From assembly GCA_963790475.1 (NCBI GenBank), contig CAWBOS010000010.1:1152001-1216000 (forward strand): DNA of 64,000 nt, given 5' to 3'. How positions within the stretch are numbered: the stretch's first letter is position 1; each line of letters opens with the position of its first letter. The stretch comes from an uncultured delta proteobacterium. Its GTDB lineage: Bacteria > Desulfobacterota > RBG-13-43-22. The translations under genes and the position numbers were made by a program. The notes below the pieces were generated by a model that worked only from the letters and a program-made list of their open reading frames with translations, did not search any database and was not told the origin of the DNA. This document shows positions 25,385 to 34,500 of the stretch, piece after piece.

Positions 25385-27613
25385 ATGAAAAAAGAAAATA
25401 ATTCCCTGTCCGCCCTTTTGGCGGTTTTCCCGACCATAGAAACCTTTACCGAATTCTATGAAAATATGGATAATAAAAAATCCGTGGAATCTTTTGTTGC
25501 CTTTGCCTTCCAAAACGATCTTATTAAAAAAGAGGATGGTAAAAGTCTTCAGGCCCTTATCCGCCAGCATTCCCGACCAAAGACGGAGTTAATTCCGCCC
25601 AACCATATTAATTTTGAGGACTTGCTGGAAAAAAAGGAAGAGTTCCTCAAAATGAATCTATCGGGACGGGCCCTGACAGACCGGGTCAATGCCCTTATTA
25701 AAGAACACCGGATCGAATTGCCCAAGGTGAGTAATTCCATGCTGACCCGGCTGAAAAAAGAACCAGCCGATACACTTTATAAACGGAATGTATTGAGAAG
25801 TCTGGCCTTCTGGTTGGGTCATGAGAGGGCGGACCTGGGTCCCTTATGGAATTATGAAACCTTGCGAAAACTCTGCGGAGAAAGGAAACCCTCGGAGAAC
25901 TATCGGGAGGGGGTCAGGATCGGTTTTGCCTTGTATGGACGGGGAGACGTTATCGACCATGATATCGTCGGCTGGCTTAAAAAAGCCTTGAGAAATTATA
26001 TCGAACAATCCCTCGGGCATCTTCTTTACGGCCGGTGGGGTAAGGTTCGTTCTCATGATATCACCACGCTGTACGTGGATTTTCCCAAAGAAGAGGAGGC
26101 TGAAGCCCCGGCTTCTTATCGGCAGTGCCTCAGGAGTGCTGTTTCCCTGGCCCATCAGATCGCCATCCGTTGGGCCTTGTCCAAATACTGCACCAAAAAC
26201 CGCTTTTTATCTATCGGAATCGCAGCCGGCGAATATGACTCCCTGGACAACTATTTACTTCCAGTTCTGAACGCCAAGCTGCCCGGCGATCCGGTGATAC
26301 GGGTAACCGACTATGTGCGTCAATGCCTGCTGATCAACGATATCCGGGCCATACTCTGCGAACGTCCCAACGAAACTGCCTTGTTTAACGGGGAGGCTCT
26401 GACCATCTGGTGGGTCACAGCCTTATGGAGTACCCTCTATTTCGATTTTGTCCCCGACTTGCTGGAAGACCGGATACTACAAACCGATCCTGAATCTGTT
26501 AAGGCCTTAAATCATCTTTTGTGGCCCTTGGAAGAAACAAGCCCCCCTTCATCTGAAAAGGATGAACCCAATGCCGTTACCACCTTCTTTAAAGTCCCTC
26601 ATAATTCTCTCCTGGGTGTGGAAATCGCCAAAACCCTCTATTACCGCCGCCGTTTCTGGGAGGCCCTGGAAATACTTCGGATCGTTCTTTCCATCGATCC
26701 GACCCATTTGGTGGCCAGGACTTTGCAGATGGTCCTGTTTCGCAATTTGGGCCTAGTCGCCCCGAACTTTTCCATTACTCAAGGTATGTTCAAACAGGCC
26801 GAACAAGAGGCTTTATATATTTTGAAAAACTGTGTCAGTCCGTCAGAAGATTTTTACTGCGAATATGCGGGCATTTATCTGGCCAAATCCATGTCCACTA
26901 TCAGGTATATGCGAAAAAGTAAGGGGGTTTTCAACGGACCGGGAGATCTCTTTTCCTTAAAACAGATGATTTTTTCAGCCTTCGACCAGGCCGAAAATCT
27001 TTTCGAAAAGGGGATGACCGGATCTCCTTCGGGAATTCGATCATCGTACCTGCTGGACAGTGTGAGGGTGTTAAAAGAGATCATGAAAAATAACGAAGAC
27101 CTATTTGTGAATCCCAAAGAACCCATCGACCATATCCCTGAAATTGTAAGACAACCCTCCATCAACCTCCAGTGGGAAATCGGCTTTTCGAGGGATGATA
27201 TTCCCCCTCAACAGAGATATGATTCTATCTTCCAGTCGACCCTTCAGAAATTTAAGATTTACGATGATTCGATTTCCTTGCAAGCCTATCGGCCCACGAC
27301 CTATTTTTGCCATATCGTTTCCTTATGGGATTTCGCCCCCATCAGGACCGTAGCCATTGCCAAAAGGGCCTTTCAATTACTAAGAGAGGCCATTGAAATA
27401 GCCAGGTCCGTAGAAAAAGATGATCTTTGTATCTATTCTTATACCCGGACCTATGGAGAAATGCTCCCGGCCCAAGAATTTATTCAGCATGTGGAAAAAT
27501 CGTTAAAAATGATTGAAGATTATCTGGGAGGAGACCTGTCTAACCGTGATGACCGGGAAATCATAGGCCAGAAGGGAAATCTTTCATCTATCCTGATGAC
27601 CCTTAATTTCTAA
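25385..27613 (+). CDS. Hypothetical regulator: XRE-like HTH + degenerate cyclase-like domain + TPR/helical region (paralog 2)
   Basis: 742 aa, collinear with 17765-19996, same C-terminus LSSILMTLNF. Confidence 0.65.
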   Translation: MKKENNSLSALLAVFPTIETFTEFYENMDNKKSVESFVAFAFQNDLIKKEDGKSLQALIRQHSRPKTELIPPNHINFEDLLEKKEEFLKMNLSGRALTDRVNALIKEHRIELPKVSNSMLTRLKKEPADTLYKRNVLRSLAFWLGHERADLGPLWNYETLRKLCGERKPSENYREGVRIGFALYGRGDVIDHDIVGWLKKALRNYIEQSLGHLLYGRWGKVRSHDITTLYVDFPKEEEAEAPASYRQCLRSAVSLAHQIAIRWALSKYCTKNRFLSIGIAAGEYDSLDNYLLPVLNAKLPGDPVIRVTDYVRQCLLINDIRAILCERPNETALFNGEALTIWWVTALWSTLYFDFVPDLLEDRILQTDPESVKALNHLLWPLEETSPPSSEKDEPNAVTTFFKVPHNSLLGVEIAKTLYYRRRFWEALEILRIVLSIDPTHLVARTLQMVLFRNLGLVAPNFSITQGMFKQAEQEALYILKNCVSPSEDFYCEYAGIYLAKSMSTIRYMRKSKGVFNGPGDLFSLKQMIFSAFDQAENLFEKGMTGSPSGIRSSYLLDSVRVLKEIMKNNEDLFVNPKEPIDHIPEIVRQPSINLQWEIGFSRDDIPPQQRYDSIFQSTLQKFKIYDDSISLQAYRPTTYFCHIVSLWDFAPIRTVAIAKRAFQLLREAIEIARSVEKDDLCIYSYTRTYGEMLPAQEFIQHVEKSLKMIEDYLGGDLSNRDDREIIGQKGNLSSILMTLNF

Positions 27614-27655
27614 AATGGACAACAACCGGAAATGGGCTTTGTCAATTACTCTTTT

Positions 27656-28153
27656 TTAGGGGGAGGATAGACCCGGGCCAGGATCGGTTCCAGATCGGCT
27701 TGCCCCCCCGACGAAATTGATCGGGTATTTAAAACCCACTTTAGCCAGTTTTTTCAGACCTGAAATGGCCCGGGGGATTTCTCCCGGCGCCAGGGCCAGA
27801 GAAATCTCATCATCGGCCACTTGTCCCATGGACCTTTCTCCATAACAGGGTATGGAAAGCTGGGGCTTATGGGTTCGATAGCACTCCCCCAGGGAATCGG
27901 CGCAGGCCCCTTCTCCGATAAAGAAGAATGGGAACCTTTCATATTTCTCTTTCTGCAAGCCACAAAGGAGCATCATGATTTGAGCCGGATTTCCGTAAAA
28001 AAGGAGGACTTCCGGTTCAAATTTCTCTTTGGCTAAAGGGGCCAAGGCAACTGCTTCGGCCACCGGGACCCGGGGGGTCTCCATCTGCTGCTTATAGGCA
28101 TCTTCCGCTGTTCCGAACCAGGTAGTTGAAAGCATGGCTGCCTCAGCCCTCAT
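27656..28153 (-). pseudogene. DUF169-family protein, C-terminal half only
   Basis: EPEVLLFYGNPAQIMML, GEGACAD and SIPCYGER motifs; the N-terminal half of the family is absent. Confidence 0.65.
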
Positions 28154-28450
28154 ACTTTTCTCAAAAGTTCTAACTACAGCCTACCTAGGAGCATGACCAA
28201 AAAGAGCGATTGCTCTATTCACCTTTTTATAATTCAAATTAAGCAGCCAGCCAAAATTACTGCAATAATCCCAATTAAAGTATTTTCCCTATCCTGCCGA
28301 TAATTCATGTAACCAAAAAAAATGGTCAACCCACAAATTGCTTGGGTTTGCCCGAACACCATAGTACGTCTGACCTCGTTTCCGATGACCTTATTGGGAT
28401 TGTTAGCCGATTCAATTGCTTTTATTAAAAAAAATATATGAAAGGATGCA

Positions 28451-29888
28451 GTGATGGTGAATAATCTCTTTATCTCTCTGGGGCTGATTGTAGCCCTTAT
28501 GGCCAGCCTTGAACTGGTTCTTTACGCCATTTTCGGCAAGAATCGTCCCACGAAGCTTTTCCGGTCGGCGGCCACATGCTTCCTGGTAACAGCGGTTTCT
28601 TTTTCTTTTATAGGACAAGGGGGGAGGAGTTTTTTCCCCGGATTTATTCTGATCTTCTTGGTCTGTCTGACGGCTTTGACCCTCAACTTTTTGGTCATCA
28701 ATTCTATGGTGACCAAGACCCCTGAACCGGATCATTTACGGTATTAATAATGGCGGGGTCAAGGTGGCCAACGCTTCCCGGTTGGTCCGGCGCTCCAGCA
28801 AGGAATTGGCCGAAGGGGCAGCTCATCAGGCCTCGGGGATCGAAGAAAATTCAGCGGCCCTGCAGCAGATCGATTCTCTGGCCCATCAAAACACCAACCA
28901 TGCCAATCAAAGCAAGCTGGCCATTACTGATGCCGGTCAACTGCTTTCAGTAGTTAATAAACAGATGGACCAATTATCCGAAGCTATGGGAAAAATCAAC
29001 CAGGCCAGCAACGAGACGAATGTGATTATTAAAAGCATCGACCAAATAGCCTTCCAAACCAACCTGTTGGCCTTAAATGCGGCGGTCGAGGCCGCCCGGG
29101 CCGGAGAAGCCGGAGTTGGATTTGCTGTGGTTGCCGAAGAAGTCCGAAATCTCGCCCGACGCGCAGCCGAAGCGGCCAAGAATACCAGCGGGCTTATTGC
29201 TAAAATTCTGGATTCCGTCAGGACCGGCAGTGACTTGACAAAATCAACCCATGAAGCCTTTAAAAAGAATATGGAGGCCGTGGATAAAGTCGCCGGCCTG
29301 GTCGAAGGTATCGCCTCAGCCAATCAGGAACAGGCGGAAGGCATTGCCCAGATCAATACTGCTTTGCATCAAATGGATACCGTGACCCAAAAGAACAGCA
29401 CCCTCGCTGAAAACCTGGCCTCGGCGGCCAAAGAAGCCAAGGACCAGGCCAAGGACTTAGGAACAGGAGTAGAGAAATTGACTTCCATGTTGGGAGTCGG
29501 GGCCAAAGTCACCCCCTCCGAGGCCAAAAGAAGGGTGAAAAAAGCGATCCAATTTCTGAAAGAGGTGGGACCCAGGGCGGCTTTTGCCGAGTTCGATAAC
29601 AGCCAAGGCCGGTTTTCCGATATGGATTCTTATATCACGGTTTATGACGTAAACGGGATATTAAAGGCCTATCCTATTAATAAACAATCGATCGGAACCA
29701 ATGTCCTGGAAACTAAGGATACCCGGGGGAAGTTTTTTGTAAGAGAATTAATCGAAATGGTCAAGGCCAAGGGGAGAGGCTGGGTGGAGTATCTATATCG
29801 CAACCCGGCCTCCGGCCAAGAGGAGCCGAAACTGTCTTACTCCGAACGGATCGGCGATCTGATCGTATCTTCCGGGGCATATAAGTAG
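28451..29888 (+). pseudogene. Methyl-accepting chemotaxis protein with C-terminal single Cache domain, frameshifted near 28715
   Basis: TM ORF 28451-28747 joins 28764-29888 if one base is removed (VTRPLNRIIYGINNGGVKVANA); IAFQTNLLALNAAVEAARAGEAG signalling core; KDTRGKFFVRE...GWVEY.YRNP...EPKLSY Cache pattern. Confidence 0.8.
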
Positions 29889-29921
29889 CTCTGGAAAGGC
29901 CTCCATTCGGTCAAAAAAGTG

Positions 29922-29969
29922 GGGCAAGAAGCAATAACCAGTGTTCAACACCGGTCTTCTTGCCCTTTT
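29922..29969 (+). terminator. Probable intrinsic terminator
   Basis: gggcaagaag ... cttcttgccc followed by tttt. Confidence 0.5.
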
Positions 29970-30145
29970 ATATTTCAGGCCTAAGATCATAAGACCACCT
30001 CCTGCTGCCTTCATCCGTCATCCACTATTCAGGCCACCTTTTTAAACGCTCCTTAAGAATGATTCAAATATCTTTGACAGCTATCGGATGTTTGATTATA
30101 CTTGCCTCCAGAGAATTCAATCATCAACCAAGCCAGGAGGAAAAA

Positions 30146-31261
30146 ATGTTAAAAACCAAACTTACGGAATTACTCGGAACCAAACACCCTATCATTCAAG
30201 CCGGTATGGGTCCTTTCAGCAATAACAATTTATGTGTAGCCGCCAGCAACGCGGGGGTGCTGGGCTTGCTGTCAACCAGCGGAATTTTTAATAAAACGGA
30301 ACAACCCTGGATTTACAACGCCTTTGTTGAGACCGCCGAAGCCACGATGGACGATGATATGCCCACGGTGCTGGAGAAGGTTTTGAAGCGGACCTATCGT
30401 CTGACCAAGGACCAGGGAGGGATATTCGGCATTAATGTGATGGTTTCGGCGGAATTGGTCCCCTTGTCAACGGTTCTCATCGATACCGCCATAAGGGTAG
30501 TGAAAGAAAATCCGGAAATGAAAAATAATTTTAAAGTCATTTTTACTTCTGCCGGTGATCCCCTGCCTTGGGGGGAAAAAATTAAGTCAACCGGATTTAC
30601 CTGGTTGCACGTCGTCCCCTCGGTCAAGGGGGCCCAGAGATGCGCCAAGGCAGGGGTGGATTGCATCGTAGCTTCGGGGCATGAAGGGGGATTCCACACC
30701 GCTTGGGAGCCAGTCCATTCCATGACCTTATTGCCCTCTGTGGTTGAGGCCCTGGCCGATAAAAATATTCCGATAGCGGGAGCTGGTGGATTCTGCGACG
30801 GTAAAACCCTGGCTGCCGCCCTGGTCCTGGGCGGAGCCGGTGCCCAAATGGGGACCCGATTCCTGGCGACTCAGGAAAGTGACTTTCATCCATTGTGGAA
30901 AGAACAGGTGGTCAAAACCCAGGACCGCGGTACCCTGGTAGCCCGCGGTGTGGTTGGTCCGGCCCGGTGGCTCAAAACTGCAACCAGTCTTGAACATCAA
31001 AAAAATACATTAAAAAAATCGCCTTCCATATATTTGGACACTCCCGACGACTTCAGCACTTCCGAAGCTCAGGAACTGGTGACCTATGAACGAGAAGCGA
31101 TCAAGGCCGTCTGCACCGGGGATCGGGAAAAAGCGATGATGGCCGGGGGTGAATGCGCCCAGAGGGTGGAAGATCTGCCTAAGGTCCAGGATCTGGTTGA
31201 CCGGATCATGCAGGAAGCAACGGATATCCTGCAAAATGCACCCAAGTTTGTGATAGCCTGA
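30146..31261 (+). CDS. Nitronate monooxygenase / FabK-like FMN oxidoreductase, copy 1
   Basis: HPIIQAGMG, SGHEGGFH, GAGGFCDG and GAQMGTRF; start moved to the ATG after AGGAGG. Confidence 0.88.
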   Translation: MLKTKLTELLGTKHPIIQAGMGPFSNNNLCVAASNAGVLGLLSTSGIFNKTEQPWIYNAFVETAEATMDDDMPTVLEKVLKRTYRLTKDQGGIFGINVMVSAELVPLSTVLIDTAIRVVKENPEMKNNFKVIFTSAGDPLPWGEKIKSTGFTWLHVVPSVKGAQRCAKAGVDCIVASGHEGGFHTAWEPVHSMTLLPSVVEALADKNIPIAGAGGFCDGKTLAAALVLGGAGAQMGTRFLATQESDFHPLWKEQVVKTQDRGTLVARGVVGPARWLKTATSLEHQKNTLKKSPSIYLDTPDDFSTSEAQELVTYEREAIKAVCTGDREKAMMAGGECAQRVEDLPKVQDLVDRIMQEATDILQNAPKFVIA

Positions 31262-31269
31262 TTTTTTCC

Positions 31270-31302
31270 GGTACTCCCTCCGGTTCAGCCGGGGGGAGTA
31301 CC
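31270..31302. terminator. GC-rich hairpin after NMO copy 1
   Basis: ggtactccctccgg-ttcag-ccggggggagtacc. Confidence 0.6.
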
Positions 31303-31745
31303 AAGGTCATGCCGACAATGAAGTAAATCGATGTCGGAGTATTAACCCCTTCTTTCTCAACAACAGGATGCCTTTTATCCATCCTTAATCTTTCCCGGTT
31401 GTTTTGCTTCCATGGCTTCTTTTTCAGATCTCTAAAGGGAAATATGACCTTGCCCGAAATCTTTCTCCAGGGTGGCCATTGTTCGCGTAAGTGAAGGAAA
31501 GAACTATATCATTTTCTCCTTGACCTTTCTTCCTAAGCTAATCTATTATCCTAAAGACAAAAAGCATACGCTTATTAACCATGAGACCTTTGAAAAATGT
31601 TCAATTTTGTCCAAGGTCAAGGAAAACGAAAATTTTAACCACAGGAATACATTTAGTATTTCGAGGATTAAAATTTGAGTCTGACGAAGAGATTGGGTAA
31701 AAGGGGACGTTTTTCAAAGGTCTCACCATAGAGGAGGATCATGAT

Positions 31746-33449
31746 ATGAGTGATCGAGAAGTAATGGACGTTGATGTGCTTTTTGTCGGAGGAGGGATCG
31801 CCTCTTTGTCGGGGGCCTTCCATTTGTCTAATTTAATAAAACAATATAATGAAAAAATAGAGCAAGGAGGAAACGGTCAAAAAATTTCTGATGAATTCAT
31901 GATCGCCGTCTTGGAAAAAGGGGCCTATGTCGGATCTCACAGTATATCCGGGGCCGTCATGAATCCGGTGGCTTTGAAGGAACTTATCCCGGACTTCGTG
32001 GCCCAGGGGGCTCCGCTGGAAGGGGAAGTCAAGAAGGAAGAAATTCTTTTCCTGACCAAAACAGGGAAAATAAAATCTCCCATCACTCCTCCCCCGCTCG
32101 ATAATCACGGCAATTATGTTGTATCCCTGTCAAGATTGGTGGAATGGCTGGGGCAGAAAGTGGAAGAACAAGGGGTCACCATCTTTCCCGGATTTGCCGG
32201 CACGGAGGTCCTTTATGAGGGCGAGAAAGTTATCGGTGTCCGCACCGGAGATAAAGGTATCGATGCCGACGGAAGTCAAAAATCCAATTTTGAACCGGGT
32301 ATTGATCTAAAGGCCAAGGTCACTGTTTTTGGAGACGGCTCCAGAGGTAATCTGACTAAGACGCTCATCCAAAAATTCAAGCTGGGTCAGGGTAAAAACG
32401 GTCAAGGCTATGAGGTGGGGGTCAAAGAAATCTGGGAGCTGCCGGACGACAAAATCAAGCCGGGGGATGTGATCGAAACCATGGGCTATCCCCTGAAAAC
32501 CGATACCTTCGGCGGAGGTTTTATTTATGGGATGCGGGATAACCGGATCGCCATCGGTCTTTTGACCAGTTTGGATTATGCAGACCCGTTTATGGATCCC
32601 CATCGTGAGTTCCAAAAATTAAAACTTCATCCTTACATTGCCGGACTATTAAAAGGCGGAAAGATGGTTCAATACGGCGCCAAGACGGTCCCGGTTAGTG
32701 GTTTTTTTTCGATGCCCGAGCCTGTTTTCAATGGGGGTATCCTGGTGGGTGATGCCGCCTGCCTCTTTAACGGGATGAAAATCAAAGGGATCCACTATGC
32801 CATGAAATCAGGAATGCTGGCCGCTGAAACCATCATGGACTGCCTTATCCAAAATGATTTTTCCCTTGGCCAGCTTAAAAAATACCGCACCCGGCTGGAG
32901 AATAGCTATATCCATAAGGACTTACATAAGGTCCGTAATTTCCATCAGGCTTTTCAAAAAGGTTTCTGGCCGGGGATGATCAAAGCCGGTTTCCAGTTTC
33001 TGCTTGGCGGCAGGGTCCTGAAAGACCGAATTGAAGCCGGACCCGATTTTGAGCATATGAAGAAAATAGTCGATTATTATAAAACTCCAACCCCCGACGA
33101 TGACCAAAAAGGGGATATCAAATATGATGGGGTCCAAACCTTTGATAAAGCCAGTGATGTTTATTACGCCGGAGCCACCCATGAAGAGAAACAACCGGCT
33201 CATTTGAAGGTATTGGATCTGAATACCTGTTATAACCGCTGCACCAAGGAATATGGAAACCCATGCGTAAGATTCTGTCCGGCCGGGGTTTATGAAATGG
33301 AAGTTGATGAAAAGACCGGTAAGCAGAAACTGATCGTTAACTTTTCCAACTGTGTCCATTGCAAGACCTGTGATGTGAAAGACCCTTATGAAAATATCAC
33401 CTGGGTGCCTCCGGAAGGCGGCGGCGGCCCCAAATATACTATGACTTAA
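31746..33449 (+). CDS. Electron transfer flavoprotein:quinone oxidoreductase (ETF-QO)
   Basis: GGGIASLSG, GSHSISGAV, KIKGIHYAMKSG, RFCPAGVYE and NCVHCKTCDVKDP...WVPPEGGGGP motifs. Confidence 0.93.
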   Translation: MSDREVMDVDVLFVGGGIASLSGAFHLSNLIKQYNEKIEQGGNGQKISDEFMIAVLEKGAYVGSHSISGAVMNPVALKELIPDFVAQGAPLEGEVKKEEILFLTKTGKIKSPITPPPLDNHGNYVVSLSRLVEWLGQKVEEQGVTIFPGFAGTEVLYEGEKVIGVRTGDKGIDADGSQKSNFEPGIDLKAKVTVFGDGSRGNLTKTLIQKFKLGQGKNGQGYEVGVKEIWELPDDKIKPGDVIETMGYPLKTDTFGGGFIYGMRDNRIAIGLLTSLDYADPFMDPHREFQKLKLHPYIAGLLKGGKMVQYGAKTVPVSGFFSMPEPVFNGGILVGDAACLFNGMKIKGIHYAMKSGMLAAETIMDCLIQNDFSLGQLKKYRTRLENSYIHKDLHKVRNFHQAFQKGFWPGMIKAGFQFLLGGRVLKDRIEAGPDFEHMKKIVDYYKTPTPDDDQKGDIKYDGVQTFDKASDVYYAGATHEEKQPAHLKVLDLNTCYNRCTKEYGNPCVRFCPAGVYEMEVDEKTGKQKLIVNFSNCVHCKTCDVKDPYENITWVPPEGGGGPKYTMT

Positions 33450-33504
33450 CATCGAAAGGTTTCGTAAAATGATTTTTTTGTGATTTTAGATATAGCCTAT
33501 TAGT

Positions 33505-33548
33505 AAAAGAAAGCCTGCCCGATTTTGCGATCAGACAGGCTTTCTTTT
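33505..33548. terminator. Bidirectional terminator between convergent genes
   Basis: aaaagaaagcctg ... caggctttctttt. Confidence 0.7.
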
Positions 33549-33624
33549 TCAAGGAGCCGGATGATGAATCCGGAGACGTCGCCCGGGAAATACCGGACGA
33601 ATTCAATTGGCCTGATATCTTTTT

Positions 33625-34182
33625 CTAAGCCCAGGTGGCGATAATTTCCGTGTAGGGAGCCCCTTTGGACAACGATTGGGTGATAAGGATCTTCACGTTT
33701 TTACAACCGCTGATTTCCAGGGCCTTTTCCATCCAACCGGCAATACGATTTTCAATCAATGCCGAAGGTTCTGAAAATTTGGTGATGTGCACCACCGCCT
33801 TCCGGTCTTCCTGAGCCACCACCTTCATTTCGCTGGGTTGATAATAGCTGGTAAAAATGGCACTGGCCCTGCGGATCAAAAATTCGGGAGATCCCAATTT
33901 GACGAATATACGATAAACCCCTTTCAAACCCTTTTCGGCGCTGAACCGGCCGCCTTCCCTGGCGCCCTTTAAATCCCCCCGATAGAACAATTCACACATC
34001 TTTCTCGTCGGTTCCACCATGATTTCTTTTATCGGATACCAGTTCCCGGCCAGGATAGCCCCCGCATAGATCCTCCGGGGGTTTTCCGAAAGGGCATTCA
34101 GCCACTGGTTTAACCCTTCTTTTCCAAATTTTCCAAGAATGAATTCGGGAATGGAATTGATGGCCGTACCTTTCACTTCCAT
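33625..34182 (-). CDS. Hypothetical protein, DUF2378-like (V4R/H-NOX-like fold inferred)
   Basis: VKG, WYP, GRFSAE, YRIFVKLGSPEF and GWMEKALEISG pattern; start at ATG after GGGGAG. Confidence 0.6.
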   Translation of the reverse strand: MEVKGTAINSIPEFILGKFGKEGLNQWLNALSENPRRIYAGAILAGNWYPIKEIMVEPTRKMCELFYRGDLKGAREGGRFSAEKGLKGVYRIFVKLGSPEFLIRRASAIFTSYYQPSEMKVVAQEDRKAVVHITKFSEPSALIENRIAGWMEKALEISGCKNVKILITQSLSKGAPYTEIIATWA

Positions 34183-34500
34183 AAGGTCTCCCCCTTCCGT
34201 TTTTATTTCCTTTTGGTCTTTTATCGGCACCATTTCTTGTTTTCTTAAGTGCCAATCCAACCTTTTAATATATTCCCGACTTTTTGCGGCCCTTTTGGTC
34301 AAAGGGGAATGCCAAGTCAATCATAATTAACTGTTACCAAGAGATAGTAGGATTGGATCATTTTACCCTTGAAATAAAAGAGGTTTCCTTTTATTCTTTA
34401 GCTAACGATCCAAATGGATTCCCATTGCCTATAACCTGTCTGTCGTCCCTTAGATCGAAAATGTTTATGCCAACCCTATTTTTTTAGCGTGGAAAAGAAC

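Noticed and set aside
28320-28412. GGCAAACCC...GGG hairpin resembling the start of a c-di-GMP-I riboswitch near the MCP gene
   Set aside because: It lies on the strand opposite to the MCP and lacks the following GACGCAAA and second stem
34240-34320. TGGCA boxes as sigma54 promoters (also near 17015 and 60385)
   Set aside because: No GC at the required distance from the GG
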